A stretch of DNA of 64,000 nucleotides from Candidatus Bathyarchaeota archaeon (GCA_963807605.1 CAWECG010000003.1:928001-992000), one strand, 5' to 3'. Positions 31,278 through 43,300 are shown, counted from the stretch's first letter. Program-made: numbers and translations. Notes: generated from the sequence alone by a model not told the origin.

Positions 31278-31505
31278 TCATACGCGATAGGGCCAACGCC
31301 TGTAAAACCATTTCTTGACAATCTCAACCAACGCCAAATAGACGCATATCATCCCTGCAAGAATAAGGAAGAAACTCAAGGGCGGTCTCACGAATTAAAC
31401 GGATCACCTAATGGTGTGAACGGTATTAACAGTGCAGCGCCAACCACTGCTAATGTGCTAAAGGCTAGGAGACCAATCGGCTTGCTTCTGTAAAATGGCG
31501 TTCGC
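31278..31505 (-). pseudogene. C-terminal fragment of an MgtA-like Mg2+ P-type ATPase
   Basis: PFYRSKPIGLL...LIPFTPLGDPF / frameshift / FVRPPLSFFLIL...YLALVEIVKKWFYRR. Confidence 0.7.
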
Positions 31506-31574
31506 CTAGGCTTTATATGAAGAAGGCTCATCAGAATATAGAGTTTATATTGGCAGAGGCACGTTCAAGCCGAA

Positions 31575-32612
31575 ATGACAGAAGTTTGCAAAGCGGATCC
31601 TTTAGAGCCAGATAGGATCATTATCAGGAAAGCGGCAGAGATTATCAAGAAGGGCGGACTAGTAGCTTTTCCCACGGAAACGGTATATGGGCTAGGAGCA
31701 GATGCTCTGAACCCTAGGGCAGTAAGGAGAATCTATGCAGCTAAGGGGAGGCCTGCGGATAATCCCCTGATAGTTCACGTGGCCGACAAAGACCAGATTT
31801 ACAGGCTTGCAAAGAAGCTTCCCGAGAAAGCTGAGGATCTAATCAGAAAATTCTTCCCTGGGCCTCTTACCATTGTCTTAGAAAAAAACGAGGTAGTTCC
31901 GGATGAGACAACCGCTGGACTGCATACAGTGGCAATAAGGATGCCAAGTCACAGGATTGCCTTGGCTCTGATCAAACAGTCTGGAACTCCAATCGCTGCG
32001 CCTTCGGCGAACAAAGCTGGCAGACCAAGTCCGACAAAAGCTCAACATGTACTCGAAGACCTCAACGGGGAGGTAGATCTGATTATTGACGGAGGTGCGA
32101 CTGAAGTCGGGCTGGAATCTACCGTCGTAGACCTCACAGTGAAGCCGCCACAGATACTCAGGCCAGGTGGAATCACTATCGAGATGTTGAGAGAGGTCTG
32201 TGGGCGATTTCAGATTCATCCGGCGGTCTCGCATCAGTTGAGTGAGAAAGAAGCTGCAAAATCTCCAGGGATGAAATACAGGCACTATGCCCCAAAGGCA
32301 AGCCTAACGGTTATTGTAGGAAAAGAGGATGATGTTCAGGGAAAAATTGCCGAATTGATACGCCATTTTAATTCGAAAGGCTTGAAGATCGGTGTGGCAA
32401 CGACAACTGACAACAAGTATCAGACCGATCATCTAGAGAATCTGGGAGAATCAAAGGAAAAGATCGCGAAATGTCTATTTGACGTTTTTCGGAAGTTTGA
32501 CAAAGCCGGAGTGGATGTGATACTCGCTGAGGGAGTTGACGAGGAAGGTCTCGGCCTAGCAATAATGAATCGACTTAAGAAGGCATCCGGGTACAAGATC
32601 ATCGAAGTTTAG
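31575..32612 (+). CDS. sua5: Threonylcarbamoyl-AMP synthase Sua5
   Basis: VAFPTETVYGLGADA, KGRPADNPLIVH, APSAN, PGMKYRHYAP, SUA5 C-domain. Confidence 0.96.
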   Translation: MTEVCKADPLEPDRIIIRKAAEIIKKGGLVAFPTETVYGLGADALNPRAVRRIYAAKGRPADNPLIVHVADKDQIYRLAKKLPEKAEDLIRKFFPGPLTIVLEKNEVVPDETTAGLHTVAIRMPSHRIALALIKQSGTPIAAPSANKAGRPSPTKAQHVLEDLNGEVDLIIDGGATEVGLESTVVDLTVKPPQILRPGGITIEMLREVCGRFQIHPAVSHQLSEKEAAKSPGMKYRHYAPKASLTVIVGKEDDVQGKIAELIRHFNSKGLKIGVATTTDNKYQTDHLENLGESKEKIAKCLFDVFRKFDKAGVDVILAEGVDEEGLGLAIMNRLKKASGYKIIEV

Positions 32613-32616
32613 ATTA

Positions 32617-33585
32617 TCAACGATCTGAACTCAACTTTAGATTCACGCCCTCAACGGTAGACGGGATTTCTTTGCCGGATCCGAGGGGCTGGAAAACCTC
32701 GTCAACACTCATTAAGCGAAAAGTGTTGAGGGTGGCTTGGCCTGACAGGACTTTGTATGCTCCGACGCATCGCTGAGAAACTTGCTCGATTACTATGGGG
32801 GGTAGGTGAGGGGGAGGGCCGTCGCCTTGGTAACCACTTCTCATGAGAAAGTCTCTCAGAAACTCTTTGTCCAAAGAGTAGGCCTCTTGTCTCTCACCTA
32901 CGCGATAGCTCTTGCTAGACCAGAGGCGGGCTGAGTCGTGTGTCGGGGGCTCGTCTATCTGCATTAGATGATCTCCTGCACGACCATATTCGAGCTTGAA
33001 GTCTGGGATAATAAGCCCTCTTCTTGAAGCTTCAGCCTTGTAGAACTCGTAGAGTCTGAAAGTAGCCTCCTCGAGCGTTCCCCATTCTTCTCTTGAGACA
33101 AAACCTTTACCCAGAGCTTCTTCTCGGGACAACGTAACGTCATGTCCCAGATCGCTTTTAGTAGTAGGTGTAAGTAAAGATTCAGGCAACTCTTCAGCCA
33201 TCCGCAGTCCAGCAGGAAGAGTCACTCCCCCGAGGGTACGTTCTCCCTTCTCATAGGCCCGCCAGGCTGAACCATAAAGATACCCTCGAGCAATCCACTC
33301 AACGTCAATTCTCTCAGTCTTTACGACTTTGATGCTTCTATCATCAACCTTCTCAACGAAATGATTCGGAAATACTGATTTGGTCTTGTCAAACCAGTAC
33401 GCAGATAACTGGTTCAAAGCCCACCCTTTAAGAGGGATGCCATTCGGGAGGACTACGTCGAAGGCTGAAACCCTATCGGTCGAGACAATCAGCAGAAAGT
33501 CCGTCAGATCATAGACATCCCGCACCTTTCCTCGCCTAAAGACTGGCAGCGGATAGTTGGATTGCAGTAAAATTTCGTGATTCAT
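32617..33585 (-). CDS. purC: SAICAR synthetase
   Basis: RGKVRDVY, STDRVSAFDVV, RGYLYGS, TPTTK, DFKLEYG, DKEFLRD. Confidence 0.93.
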   Translation of the reverse strand: MNHEILLQSNYPLPVFRRGKVRDVYDLTDFLLIVSTDRVSAFDVVLPNGIPLKGWALNQLSAYWFDKTKSVFPNHFVEKVDDRSIKVVKTERIDVEWIARGYLYGSAWRAYEKGERTLGGVTLPAGLRMAEELPESLLTPTTKSDLGHDVTLSREEALGKGFVSREEWGTLEEATFRLYEFYKAEASRRGLIIPDFKLEYGRAGDHLMQIDEPPTHDSARLWSSKSYRVGERQEAYSLDKEFLRDFLMRSGYQGDGPPPHLPPIVIEQVSQRCVGAYKVLSGQATLNTFRLMSVDEVFQPLGSGKEIPSTVEGVNLKLSSDR

Positions 33586-33879
33586 TCACCCTCACTCCAG
33601 CAACGATTCCTGAGGTAGATCTTTGATTCTAGTCAACAAAGCCACTGTTGCAGATTTGAAATAGAACAGTCCAATACTTGTGCCTTTCTTGGATGAACGC
33701 ATCTTGTTCCCCTACGCCAAGGGACGGAAATATTATCTTGACGTAGATCGCTGTTGTGGACTCATAAGGTAGAAGAAACGCTCAGCATTGATCGTGGGAT
33801 CCTGAAACCACTCGGCCTTGTCAAAGCAATAAAGATAACGGGTTGCCGCCTTCCATTGTTTGGAGACCTTATGACATGA

Positions 33880-34245
33880 GTAGGAGTTGCGTCTAGTCCC
33901 ACACCCAAAGAGCATGTCAGGATTTCTCTATCCCAAACAGTAGATTTGATCTTTTTAGCCAACTCTCCGGCTTTTACAAAACTTCGAACCCTTTGACTTG
34001 CATCTAAGAAAGCTTCATCGATTCCTGTCTGCTCGAACCTGTCAGCGAAGGCTCTAAGTACTGCCATTACCCTCCCTGAGAACGGCTCGTATAGCGCGAA
34101 GTCTACTGGCAGATATACTCCCCGAGGACAAAGCTTCCAAGCACGGGATATTGGCATCGTAAAACAAATACCAAATTTTCTAGCTTCGTAATTGGGGCAC
34201 TGACAACACCGCGCCCGAGGCCCTGTTTGGGATCAGCTCGCGCGC
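33880..34245 (-). pseudogene. dinB: DNA polymerase IV (Y-family) fragment
   Basis: ADPKQGLGRGVVSA / frameshift / NYEARKFG..MPISRAWKLCP...GIDEAFLD...TCSLGVG; both ends missing. Confidence 0.85.
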
Positions 34246-34267
34246 TCCGAAGTGCTCCAAGGCGGAC

Positions 34268-35461
34268 TCATTTGTCGTTGAGTATCTCTATTCCAGGGAG
34301 AATCTTTCCTCCGACGTATTCTAGCGAGGCACCCCCCCCAGTTGAGATATGGCTGACTTCAGATTCTGTTACTCCAGCCTTCCCCAAAGCCGAGACTGAA
34401 TCGCCGCCCCCAACAACTGTTGTCGCGCCACGAAAATGTGCAAGAGCGATTGCCAATGCCACATCGGCAGTTCCGTGGGAGAACTCTTTAAGCTCGAATA
34501 GACCCATTGGGCCGTTCCAGAACACTGTTCCATGCGTAGAAGATATTACGGACGTGTAGGTCCCGGAAGTTAGAGGGCCTATGTCGAACCCCATCATGTC
34601 AGGCGGAATGTCTCCGCGCACATATCGAAATTGGTTGGCAGAATCGATATTCGGCGCGACTAAATGATCTTCTGGGAGAAGAATCTTATCTTCTCTGTTA
34701 AGAATTTCGCTAGCCCATGGTACAAAATCATTCTCGATTGGAGATTCTCCTATCGATATACCCTTTGACGCTAGGAAGGTATATGCTATGCAGCCTCCAA
34801 TTAATACTTTGTTTGCTTTTTCGATCAACCTTCTCAATGCATCTATCTTGTCGTGGATCTTTGCTCCTCCGATTACTAATGTGAACGGTTGGGTGGGTTC
34901 ATCTCTTATCTTGGTAAGGTATTCTAGTTCCTTCTGTAGTTGAAGGCCTGCGAGCCTGTACTGTAGCAGGCTGGGCGCTCCATATGTTGATGCATGCTTT
35001 CTATGGGAGACGCTGAATGCTTCGTTGACATATATTTCTGCTAGGGATGCGAGTGAACGGGAGAATCCATCATCATCTTTCTCTTCTTCGGAATGGAAGC
35101 GTAAGTTCTCTAGAACGAGAATATCTCCATCAGTCAGATTCTTGATTGAATTCTCGACATCTTTGCCGATACATTCACTGATCCATCTAATCTTTCTGTT
35201 TGGGAGGAGCTTCTGGAGGCATTCGGCTACGGGTTTCAGTGACATCGTCGGGTCAGGTTTTCCTTCGGGTCTCCCCAGGTGAGAAGCGACGATGAGCCTT
35301 GCGCCTCTGGTAGAGAGATAGTTCAATGTTGGTGTGGAGCTTCTAATTCTGAAGTCATCATCAACTTGACCTTCTCTTAGAGGGACGTTATAGTCTACCC
35401 TAACTAGAGTTCTCTTCCCTTTGTAGAATTCGTTCGGAAGATCGGCTATGGAAGCCTTCAT
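34268..35461 (-). CDS. pgk: Phosphoglycerate kinase
   Basis: RVDYNVP, SHLGRP, LENLRF, WNGPMGLFE, GGGDS, HISTGGGASLE. Confidence 0.96.
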   Translation of the reverse strand: MKASIADLPNEFYKGKRTLVRVDYNVPLREGQVDDDFRIRSSTPTLNYLSTRGARLIVASHLGRPEGKPDPTMSLKPVAECLQKLLPNRKIRWISECIGKDVENSIKNLTDGDILVLENLRFHSEEEKDDDGFSRSLASLAEIYVNEAFSVSHRKHASTYGAPSLLQYRLAGLQLQKELEYLTKIRDEPTQPFTLVIGGAKIHDKIDALRRLIEKANKVLIGGCIAYTFLASKGISIGESPIENDFVPWASEILNREDKILLPEDHLVAPNIDSANQFRYVRGDIPPDMMGFDIGPLTSGTYTSVISSTHGTVFWNGPMGLFELKEFSHGTADVALAIALAHFRGATTVVGGGDSVSALGKAGVTESEVSHISTGGGASLEYVGGKILPGIEILNDK

Positions 35462-35541
35462 CTCGTTTCAACACGCCCAATTGAACATTTCGCCCAAATT
35501 AGGCCTTTGACAGTCTTCAAAATGCGATTCCAGTTGTCCAG

Positions 35542-36852
35542 TCATCCCGTACTGTTCACTTTCTGCTTAAGTTGAGAAACAAGAATGGGCATCAGCTCAG
35601 ATCCTTTGGGAAGGACTCCCAGACTTCCTTTCGCGCACTCTCTCTCACAGAACTTCCTCAGCCCATCTCCTAAAATGTTTCTTCCAGCAATAAGAAGGGG
35701 GACAGGATCATCTGAGTGAGATTTCATCTCGCATGGAGTTGAATGATCAGCTGACACGCAAGTCAGAATCTCTTCAGGATCCACCGCACCGCGCAATTTG
35801 CCAAAGAAGTCCGCATCGATAATCTCTATTGATCTTTTCTTTAATTCAAAATTGCCATCATGAGCCGGTTCGTCAGGACCCTTGATGTGAATGTAGAATG
35901 CATCATGATACTGAAGATTTTCAAGTAGCTTACTGGCCTTGAGTTGGCTGTCGCGACTCAGGTTGTCTGATGGTGGAGGGATCTCTATGGTTGCCATGCC
36001 AGCTAGGGTGGCTATGCCTTTCTCAACAGGCATCTCGACTATTGATGCAAAGTCAATGTTGTATTTCTTGTTGATATCGAAGAGTGTTGGTAGCCTATTG
36101 CCTGCGTCTCGCGTTAATATTGCGTTGGCCTTCAATTTACCAGATGACTCTCTCTTGATGTTTATGGGATGATACTCTAGGAGCGTGCGGGTCTTCTCTA
36201 CGAACTCGTTGACCAGTTTTGCGGAAATATTAGCCTCATGAGTCGCGTCCATCGGTTTACATTCTTCTAGAGAAGTCTCCGCTCCGAGCTTGGACTTTGC
36301 TACGCCAAACCCCCCGATATGTGTGTAGGCAGCATCTGTATTCGTGATATTCCCTGACAAGGAGCCATTGCTCTTCCTGATGACGAGAACTGCCCGGTAA
36401 CCGACGGTGCTCTTGAACTCGAACCTAGAAGGTACCGTTTCAAGCCTTATCTCTGAATTAATTGATTTGCTTAGCTCGGTTGCTTCAGAGGTTGTCAGAT
36501 TTCTTCCAACGCGGCGGTCTAGGATCTTATTGGTACTATCTACCGTTGCAAAGTTGCATCTGAGGGCGAGATCCCCATCATTCACAATCATGTTTGCGCC
36601 AAAAGCCTCCAAAGGCCCCCTTCCCGTGTAGAATTTTGCGGGATCATATCCCAATATTGAAACGACTGCAACATCACTCTCAGGAGCTATTCCCTTTCCG
36701 ACTGTGTACATCAGCCCGAGTTTTCCCTTTGGGACTAATTTGTCGAGGTTAGGGGTTTCTGCAGCTTCAAGTGGAGTTTTATTTCCTAGTTCTGAAATTG
36801 GGCGATCGCCCAAGCCATCGATGACCACATAGAGAAGTTTTCCTTCCTTCAG
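35542..36852 (-). CDS. apgM: 2,3-BPG-independent phosphoglycerate mutase (archaeal type)
   Basis: CTG 36852 behind GGGTGA SD gives MKEGKLLYVVIDGLGDRP; KTPLEAA, PESD, HIKGPDEPAHDG, ADHSTP. Confidence 0.93.
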   Translation of the reverse strand: MKEGKLLYVVIDGLGDRPISELGNKTPLEAAETPNLDKLVPKGKLGLMYTVGKGIAPESDVAVVSILGYDPAKFYTGRGPLEAFGANMIVNDGDLALRCNFATVDSTNKILDRRVGRNLTTSEATELSKSINSEIRLETVPSRFEFKSTVGYRAVLVIRKSNGSLSGNITNTDAAYTHIGGFGVAKSKLGAETSLEECKPMDATHEANISAKLVNEFVEKTRTLLEYHPINIKRESSGKLKANAILTRDAGNRLPTLFDINKKYNIDFASIVEMPVEKGIATLAGMATIEIPPPSDNLSRDSQLKASKLLENLQYHDAFYIHIKGPDEPAHDGNFELKKRSIEIIDADFFGKLRGAVDPEEILTCVSADHSTPCEMKSHSDDPVPLLIAGRNILGDGLRKFCERECAKGSLGVLPKGSELMPILVSQLKQKVNSTG

Positions 36853-36907
36853 GAGATTTCACCCACTGCAAGTCTTGACTGATGCATTTGTCGGCTTCCT
36901 CCAATAA

Positions 36908-38980
36908 CTATATCGTTGGAGTGAATCGCCTTAGAAAGAGAGCGTTTGTAACAACGGTCACTGAGCTGAAAGCCATGGCTGCAGCGGCGAACATCGGGTT
37001 GAGTAGTATCTTGAAAGTAGGGTATAAAACACCTGCAGCAACTGGAATGAATGCAACATTGTAAAAAAATGCCCAAAAGAGATTCTGCTTAATCTTCCCG
37101 ACTGTTCGCTTGCTCAGTTGAATCGAAGCTACAACGTCACGTAAATCGTCTCTTATCAGAACTATGCCCCCGGTCTCCAAAGCTACGTCCGTCCCACTTC
37201 CAATTGCTATTCCGATATCTAATTGGGCTAGGGCCGGTGCGTCGTTGATTCCATCTCCGACCATCCCAACAATCTTTCCTTCCGATTGAAGTCTCTTGAT
37301 GACGTCAGCCTTCTCGGCAGGTAGAACTTCAGCCACAACATTATCTATACCGGCCTGTTTGGCTATGGCACGTGCCGTACGTTCGTTGTCGCCTGTCAGC
37401 ATTGTTACTTCTATGTCCATGCTGCGGAGTTCTTTGATGGCTACTTTTGAACTCTCCTTCAAAGTGTCGGCGACTGCTATGAGGCCTGCAAGCTTTCCGT
37501 CTATAGATGTAATCATAACCGTCTTGCCTTCATGCTCGAGTGTTATTATGTCGTCCTCGACTTGAGCTATTGAAATTCCGTTATCTGCCATAAGTCTGCG
37601 GTTGCCAAGCAACACTTTCTTTGCATCGCATGCGGCTGCTACTCCCTTTCCTGGGAGTGCTTCAAAGGATTCTAGGCGGGGTATGGTCAATCCTTTGCTT
37701 TTAGCGGCGTTTACGATAGCTTCTCCTAGGGTATGCTCAGAGCCGCTTTCAGCAGAAGCTGAGAACTCCAGAACCTGACTCTTATCGTATGGAGCCAATG
37801 CGAATATATCGGTGACTGATGGTTCTCCTTTGGTGAGAGTTCCAGTCTTGTCGAAGACTATGGCATTGAGTTTGTGAGCTTTCTCTAGGTATTCGCCTCC
37901 TTTGATCAGTATACCATTCTCAGCACCCTTGCCTGTGCCGACCATTATGGCTGCGGGAGTCGCGATCCCTAGGGCGCACGGGCAGGCGATTATTAGCACA
38001 GCTATGAAGACGCCTAGCGCGAAGACTAATCCTAAACCAAGCATATTCCATATGATGAATGATATTGTTGCGATGGCTATTACTGCAGGGACGAAATATG
38101 AGGATACAAGGTCGGCGAGTCTTTGAATTGGCGCTCTGGCCACCTGGGCTTCCTCGACGAGCTTAATGATCTGTGATAGCATGGTGTCGGAGCCAACCTT
38201 GATTGCCTTGAATTTGAGGAGACCTGCCTTGTTGATTGTTGCTCCTATGACCTGGTCTCCGACCTGTTTCTCAACGGGGATGCTCTCACCAGTGATCATC
38301 TTTTCGTCGACAGTGGAGTAGCCCTCAACTACTTCCCCGTCAACTGGTATTCTTTCTCCAGGACGAACAACAATAATATCGCCGACGTTGACTTGCTCTA
38401 CCGGAATCGCTACCTCGGATCCTTCCCTGATTACCGTAGCGTCTTGAGGTTGAAGTCCCATAAGCTTTCTAATTGCCTCAGATGCCTTGCCTTTAGCGAG
38501 GTCCTCAAACAATTTACCAAGAAGTATCAATGCTATTATCACGGCAGCCGTATCGAAGTAGACTGTCCCCTCAGGAAAGGCTGAAGGATTGAAAGTGACG
38601 ATCGTACTATAGCTCCAAGCAGCTGAAGTGCCCAATGCGATCAAAGTATCCATGTTAGCACTTCTGCTCTGAATAGCATTCCAAGTTCCTTTGTAGTATC
38701 GCCAGCCCGCGATGAACTGTACAGGTGTGGCTAGAAGGAAGAGCCAGATGTTGTTCGGAAGATAAGGAAGTATTGGTAAGTACGTAAAGACGAGTGTTGG
38801 GATACCAAGTATGATGCTAAAGGCGACGAGGATCTTCATATTTCTCAGCTCAACTTCAGGTCTGAGAAATGTTTTGAGGCAAGTCTCGCTGCAGAAATAG
38901 TAAGTTATTCCGCGAACTGTAGCTTTGAGCTTACTAGTCTTCTCATCGACATACATTCCACAAATTGGATCCTTAGCCAA
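36908..38980 (-). CDS. copA: Cu(I)-translocating P1B ATPase with N-terminal YHS/TRASH domain
   Basis: DPICGM...[30 protein letters not shown] and MAFSS. Confidence 0.95.
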   Translation of the reverse strand: MAKDPICGMYVDEKTSKLKATVRGITYYFCSETCLKTFLRPEVELRNMKILVAFSIILGIPTLVFTYLPILPYLPNNIWLFLLATPVQFIAGWRYYKGTWNAIQSRSANMDTLIALGTSAAWSYSTIVTFNPSAFPEGTVYFDTAAVIIALILLGKLFEDLAKGKASEAIRKLMGLQPQDATVIREGSEVAIPVEQVNVGDIIVVRPGERIPVDGEVVEGYSTVDEKMITGESIPVEKQVGDQVIGATINKAGLLKFKAIKVGSDTMLSQIIKLVEEAQVARAPIQRLADLVSSYFVPAVIAIATISFIIWNMLGLGLVFALGVFIAVLIIACPCALGIATPAAIMVGTGKGAENGILIKGGEYLEKAHKLNAIVFDKTGTLTKGEPSVTDIFALAPYDKSQVLEFSASAESGSEHTLGEAIVNAAKSKGLTIPRLESFEALPGKGVAAACDAKKVLLGNRRLMADNGISIAQVEDDIITLEHEGKTVMITSIDGKLAGLIAVADTLKESSKVAIKELRSMDIEVTMLTGDNERTARAIAKQAGIDNVVAEVLPAEKADVIKRLQSEGKIVGMVGDGINDAPALAQLDIGIAIGSGTDVALETGGIVLIRDDLRDVVASIQLSKRTVGKIKQNLFWAFFYNVAFIPVAAGVLYPTFKILLNPMFAAAAMAFSSVTVVTNALFLRRFTPTI

Positions 38981-39043
38981 TGGGATTGACCTCTAGTTTT
39001 CGAATTTGGTGAGGGGCGTAGAAAAGGATGGGATTTTCCATTC

Positions 39044-39187
39044 TCAAGTGAGGTACTTGGAGGTGTTCTTATCGAAGTCCTCCTTGCAGCCTAGGGAACA
39101 GAAATAATAGGTCTTGTCTTTGTAGATGCTCTTGAATTTTGCAGATTTCTCATCAACATTCATTCCGCAGATGGGGTCTTTGGCCAA
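39044..39187 (-). CDS. Stand-alone YHS/TRASH metallochaperone (47 aa)
   Basis: Not in ORF track. GAGGTGA SD, TTG start: [47 protein letters not shown]. Confidence 0.9.
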   Translation of the reverse strand: MAKDPICGMNVDEKSAKFKSIYKDKTYYFCSLGCKEDFDKNTSKYLT

Positions 39188-39208
39188 GCATTTCACCTCA
39201 TATGTCTG

Positions 39209-39220
39209 ATGCATATGCAT
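39209..39220. promoter_or_regulatory. Perfect palindrome, putative copper-regulator operator
   Basis: ATGCATATGCAT between a minus-strand TATA-like TCTATAAG (39232-39225) and the YHS gene SD. Confidence 0.45.
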
Positions 39221-39225
39221 TTGTC

Positions 39226-39400
39226 TTATAGATTTAGTTCGGTCCTAGCTTTTACAACTTGAAGTATGTCACTATGAGTCACTATTCCCAGTAATTTTCC
39301 GCTGGCTACAACCAGGGCTTGCCCAACATCATACCTTGACATCTTCATCATGACTTCAACGGCGTCTTGGTCCGGCCTAACTGTGACTATCTTTTCAGCG
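39226..39400 (-). pseudogene. Orphan CBS-domain fragment
   Basis: EKIVTVRPDQDAVEVMMKMSRYDVGQALVVASGKLLGIVTHSDILQVV*; no start codon precedes the domain in frame. Confidence 0.65.
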
Positions 39401-39463
39401 CGCTTTCTTGGTGTTGAAAGTAGATGGTTATGTTGAGCCCACGAGTACTGGCGAAGAGTAGCT

Positions 39464-39697
39464 TCAGGCGGAGGCTGGGGACAAGACTACCTCAAAGTCT
39501 TCTCCTCTGTATATTACCTGCATCAAGACATAGAGGAAATCCTCTCTGCTTGGTAGTAGTAATCCCTTAGCAAGGAGTCCTTCATAGACTTGATGAGGCT
39601 TGACTTCAGCGTTTGAGACAGGGACTATTACTGGCGCGTTCACTTCATCCTCGATGTAGATTTCGCTGTTCCGCCTTACTACCCGAAGTCGTGTCAT
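39464..39697 (-). CDS. Small hypothetical protein
   Basis: 77-aa ORF with GAGGAG upstream; no family recognised. Confidence 0.55.
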   Translation of the reverse strand: MTRLRVVRRNSEIYIEDEVNAPVIVPVSNAEVKPHQVYEGLLAKGLLLPSREDFLYVLMQVIYRGEDFEVVLSPASA

Positions 39698-39899
39698 CTT
39701 GTTTCTTGTTTACTCTCCTCGTCTGGTCGAGTATAGTATGATGGGGTTACCTATCAACTTTTTTTGATCTAGATCTCTGTTGCAAAAAGCAGAATGCTTA
39801 GTTACTGAGATCTTTGAAGGATTGATCTAGTCTGTTCCGAGTCAATGTTATATTTAGAGCTAGAGTGCTCGGGTTATCAGTACCAGACTTCTGTTTAGA

Positions 39900-40337
39900 T
39901 TATTTTCTCCTTGAGTAAAGTCCGATTAATTCTGCTTTAGCGAGAGTGTGTTTTTCGACCGTCTTAAGGAAGTTCTTTTGATCAACACCTTCGAGATGGT
40001 TGATGTCGAGTGCGTAGATGGTGAATATGTAACGGTGCGTTCCTGATGGCGGGCAGGGACCGCCATAATTCTTATTTCCAAAGTCATTTTGAATTTGCTG
40101 GGCGTCCTTGGGCATTTTGCCTTGATCGATGCCTTTCGTGTCCTTAGGAATGTCACAGATAAGCCAATGAACGAAGTCTCCTCCGGGAGCATCAGGATCA
40201 ACCACGGTTAGGGCGTAACTCTTGGTGCCACTAGGTGAATCTTCCCACGATAGTCTAGGAGAGATGTCAGCGCCATCGCAAGTGAATTTGGAGGGGATCG
40301 TACTGTTGTGCTGAAAGTCGCTGCTTGTCAACTTCAC
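39900..40337 (-). CDS. YbhB/YbcL (PEBP/Raf kinase inhibitor-like) protein
   Basis: DPDAPGGDFVHW, YGGPCPPSGTHRY. Confidence 0.93.
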   Translation of the reverse strand: MKLTSSDFQHNSTIPSKFTCDGADISPRLSWEDSPSGTKSYALTVVDPDAPGGDFVHWLICDIPKDTKGIDQGKMPKDAQQIQNDFGNKNYGGPCPPSGTHRYIFTIYALDINHLEGVDQKNFLKTVEKHTLAKAELIGLYSRRK

Positions 40338-40360
40338 GGGCTCGTCACCTTCCAGTTGAA

Positions 40361-43300
40361 TTATTCTCTTTTTCTTCTTTTATTCATTACCATTGTTAAC
40401 GTGTAGGCAACCCCGATTCCTATGATTGTTAAGAAGGGGAATTGTGTGATGTTGAATTCAGGAATTGGAATTCCACTTTGGACTAGGTAGAAGTTGTATG
40501 TGGCAAGTCCTCCGTCGGGAACCATGATAGTGGAGCTTTGTGAGGTTAGACCAGGGTGGTCAACTATGATACTATAGACTCCATGAGGCAGATATGTTTC
40601 ATACAGACCGTCCCAAGTGTAACTGATGTGGGTGTAATTGTCTTGATAGGTTACGGAGGCCCAGCTTACACTTCTCAGATCCCTTCGGATATTGTAGAAT
40701 GCGACCGTTCCATGAACTTGTCCTCTCATATGAAGTGAGAATATGGCTGATGAGCCCCCTCCCAAGCTTGCGGGGGGGAGTCTAATCGTCTCTCTCAGCT
40801 CGAATGGACCAGGGTGATTATACGGGAGGATAGTTGTCATGTTCCATGTTTGCAACTCACCTTGAAGCATAGCAAATGGAGGAGGATAGAATTCTGTAGG
40901 CCTATACCAGTTAGCCATCTCCACCGTCACGTACCATCCTCCAGAATACATTCCTGCTAGCGGAGTAGGGGAACTACCCCAAATTCCGCTGTCAGCTGAG
41001 TAGAGGGTAAGCAGAAATCGTGCTTGCGCTTCCGCAGTTGGATCTATATATCTCAGGAGACCCGCCAGACCCTTATATTCAACCTGCTGGGTTCCCGCCG
41101 GTATGGCTACTGAACCGCTGGCATTAATCACTTTTTTTCCGTCAGTAAAGAATCCAAGATCCGAGGAGGGTTGGACGGCCCCTATATCAAGTGATGTCGT
41201 GGCCGCAGCTACCAAGGCGTCTCTGTCGTCGTAGACGCTTATACGCATGGTCATGTTGTAAGGTAGGGTGGTTGGGAGGTCTTCTTTTTCGAAGTCTATC
41301 GCGAAATTGAATTCTACACCTTTGATTAGTCGGATGGGTGCATCTGCGATCTGACCCATACTTACGTCGACAATGATTTTACCGAGGTCACCCAGAGTGG
41401 TGACGCCCTCTTGGACGTAGCCATAAGTCCATCCAGTGATTGCGTATCGACCAGGATAGATGGCAACGGCAGATCTAAGGTTCGGAGTCCTGTAAAATGT
41501 GGGTTGATACAAGAATCCTATTTTTTCAGCTTGAAAGAAGACATTGGTGGAGAAATACTGTTGAGAGGGGAATGACGGTAATGACGGAAGATCTGGACCA
41601 TAGCTTTCTAGGATAGTCGAGCCGTTCGTGATTAGCATGCTTGCTGATGGACCGAATACGATTCTCCAATTCGGCCAAGGTATAACTGAGAAAGCCGATT
41701 CTGTCGTGGGCAGGGTCCATACATGTCTGATGGAGTCCCAAAAGCTAATAGAATCAACGAAAGAGTCTGAGGCTACGTCGTATACCAGAACTGATGCTGT
41801 TGTTCCGTTATAACTCCATAGGCGTCGAATAGGAGGGTTCTCCCAGTTGATGGAGTAGACTGTGGTGTTTATTCCCCCGCCTCTGAACATGTGCGCACTG
41901 ACCGATGAGTTGCTGCACATCGAGATCGAGAAGCCGACAGCTCTGTCGAGATCAATCAATTCATTACCTGGAGCTAATGCTTGGATGTAACCTCGCATGT
42001 ACATGTAAAGCGAGTATGAGCTTGGATACATTCCATAATCTCGTAATCCACGATAGCGGAAGAGAGAATACTTGATTCCAGCCCTAGGATCTGGGGGTGG
42101 TATGACCCCTGCCATGCCAAGCCCGTTAAGGGTCAAGCTCGCAGAGGCGGAGAGGGCTGATACAAAAGTGAAATTGAAGGCTGACAATACCCCTTGAGAA
42201 TCTAGAGCCTCAACCACGAGGAATCTTCCAGGATCAGGTCCCCCAATTGGTTTCTCCTGCATACCTCCAATCGCATCATGAAAATGGACTGTGAGGTTTA
42301 GGCTTCCTGAAAGCCACAGATCCATCTGGAAGGCGACACCTAGAGTCTGCCCTTGGGTTAACGTGAAGTAGTAATCTTTGAAGTTCGAACCTGAAATGTC
42401 TGTCTGAATATAACCGTTCACATATGCGCGAACGAAGTAAGTGCCGGGTCCTAGACCGTCGATCCATGTGGCAAATACTTGAGGAACCATACCGCTGAAC
42501 CTGTAAGGCGCGCCGAAATAGCGTTGAAAGCCAAACTGGAAGCGAAATGAAGATTTGCCGGATCCTAGGCCGGTTACAGGGTCGAAGCTTCCGGTGGGGC
42601 TGACCCACCAAGTCTGGGCAGGACCGACTCCGTTGTAGAGTCCGAAGGGATCCTTGAAGGGCGGAAGGGCAGTAGAGGGGTAATAGCTGATCGGGCCCTC
42701 CCAGGGGAAGGCGACGAGCTTCGGAGAGTTCGGGGGGAGCAATATGCCGGAGCTGAATATGGTGTTTCCCGTAACATATGATGTGTAAGGAGCATGTGTG
42801 AGATTGAGTGGCGAGTAACTGACGACATTATCCTCGACATAACTGTCGCTATCGTATATGACTACGCTGATGGGGAGATCGCCTTTCCAGGGTGTAATAC
42901 CTAAGCAACTCTTTGAGTCAATCTCGCCCAGTATCTCTGGTCCTGGCACAAGATAGAGATCAAGGCCGAGAGACTGTCCTCTGTAGACTATCACCTTCTC
43001 AGTTGTTATCAGTTCGGGCAGACCTGCTGCGCTTGCATAGATGCTGTAGATACCCGGAGCCACACCCTCTATTTCGAAATGTCCTTTTGCGGAGGCATTG
43101 AAGTATCCCCTGGCCTCCACAACCCTTCCCGTTGGAACACCTGTAACAGGATCAGAGGCGACGCCGATTGCTCTAACCCTTCCTGGAAGATCAATCGGCT
43201 TGCCGTAAAGCTCTAAATTCGATTCTTCCCCATATCTAACAGTTCCATAAATAATAGCGGGGTCCAGTTCCCCCTTGACAAGGAGAACAGGCCAGTTCTC

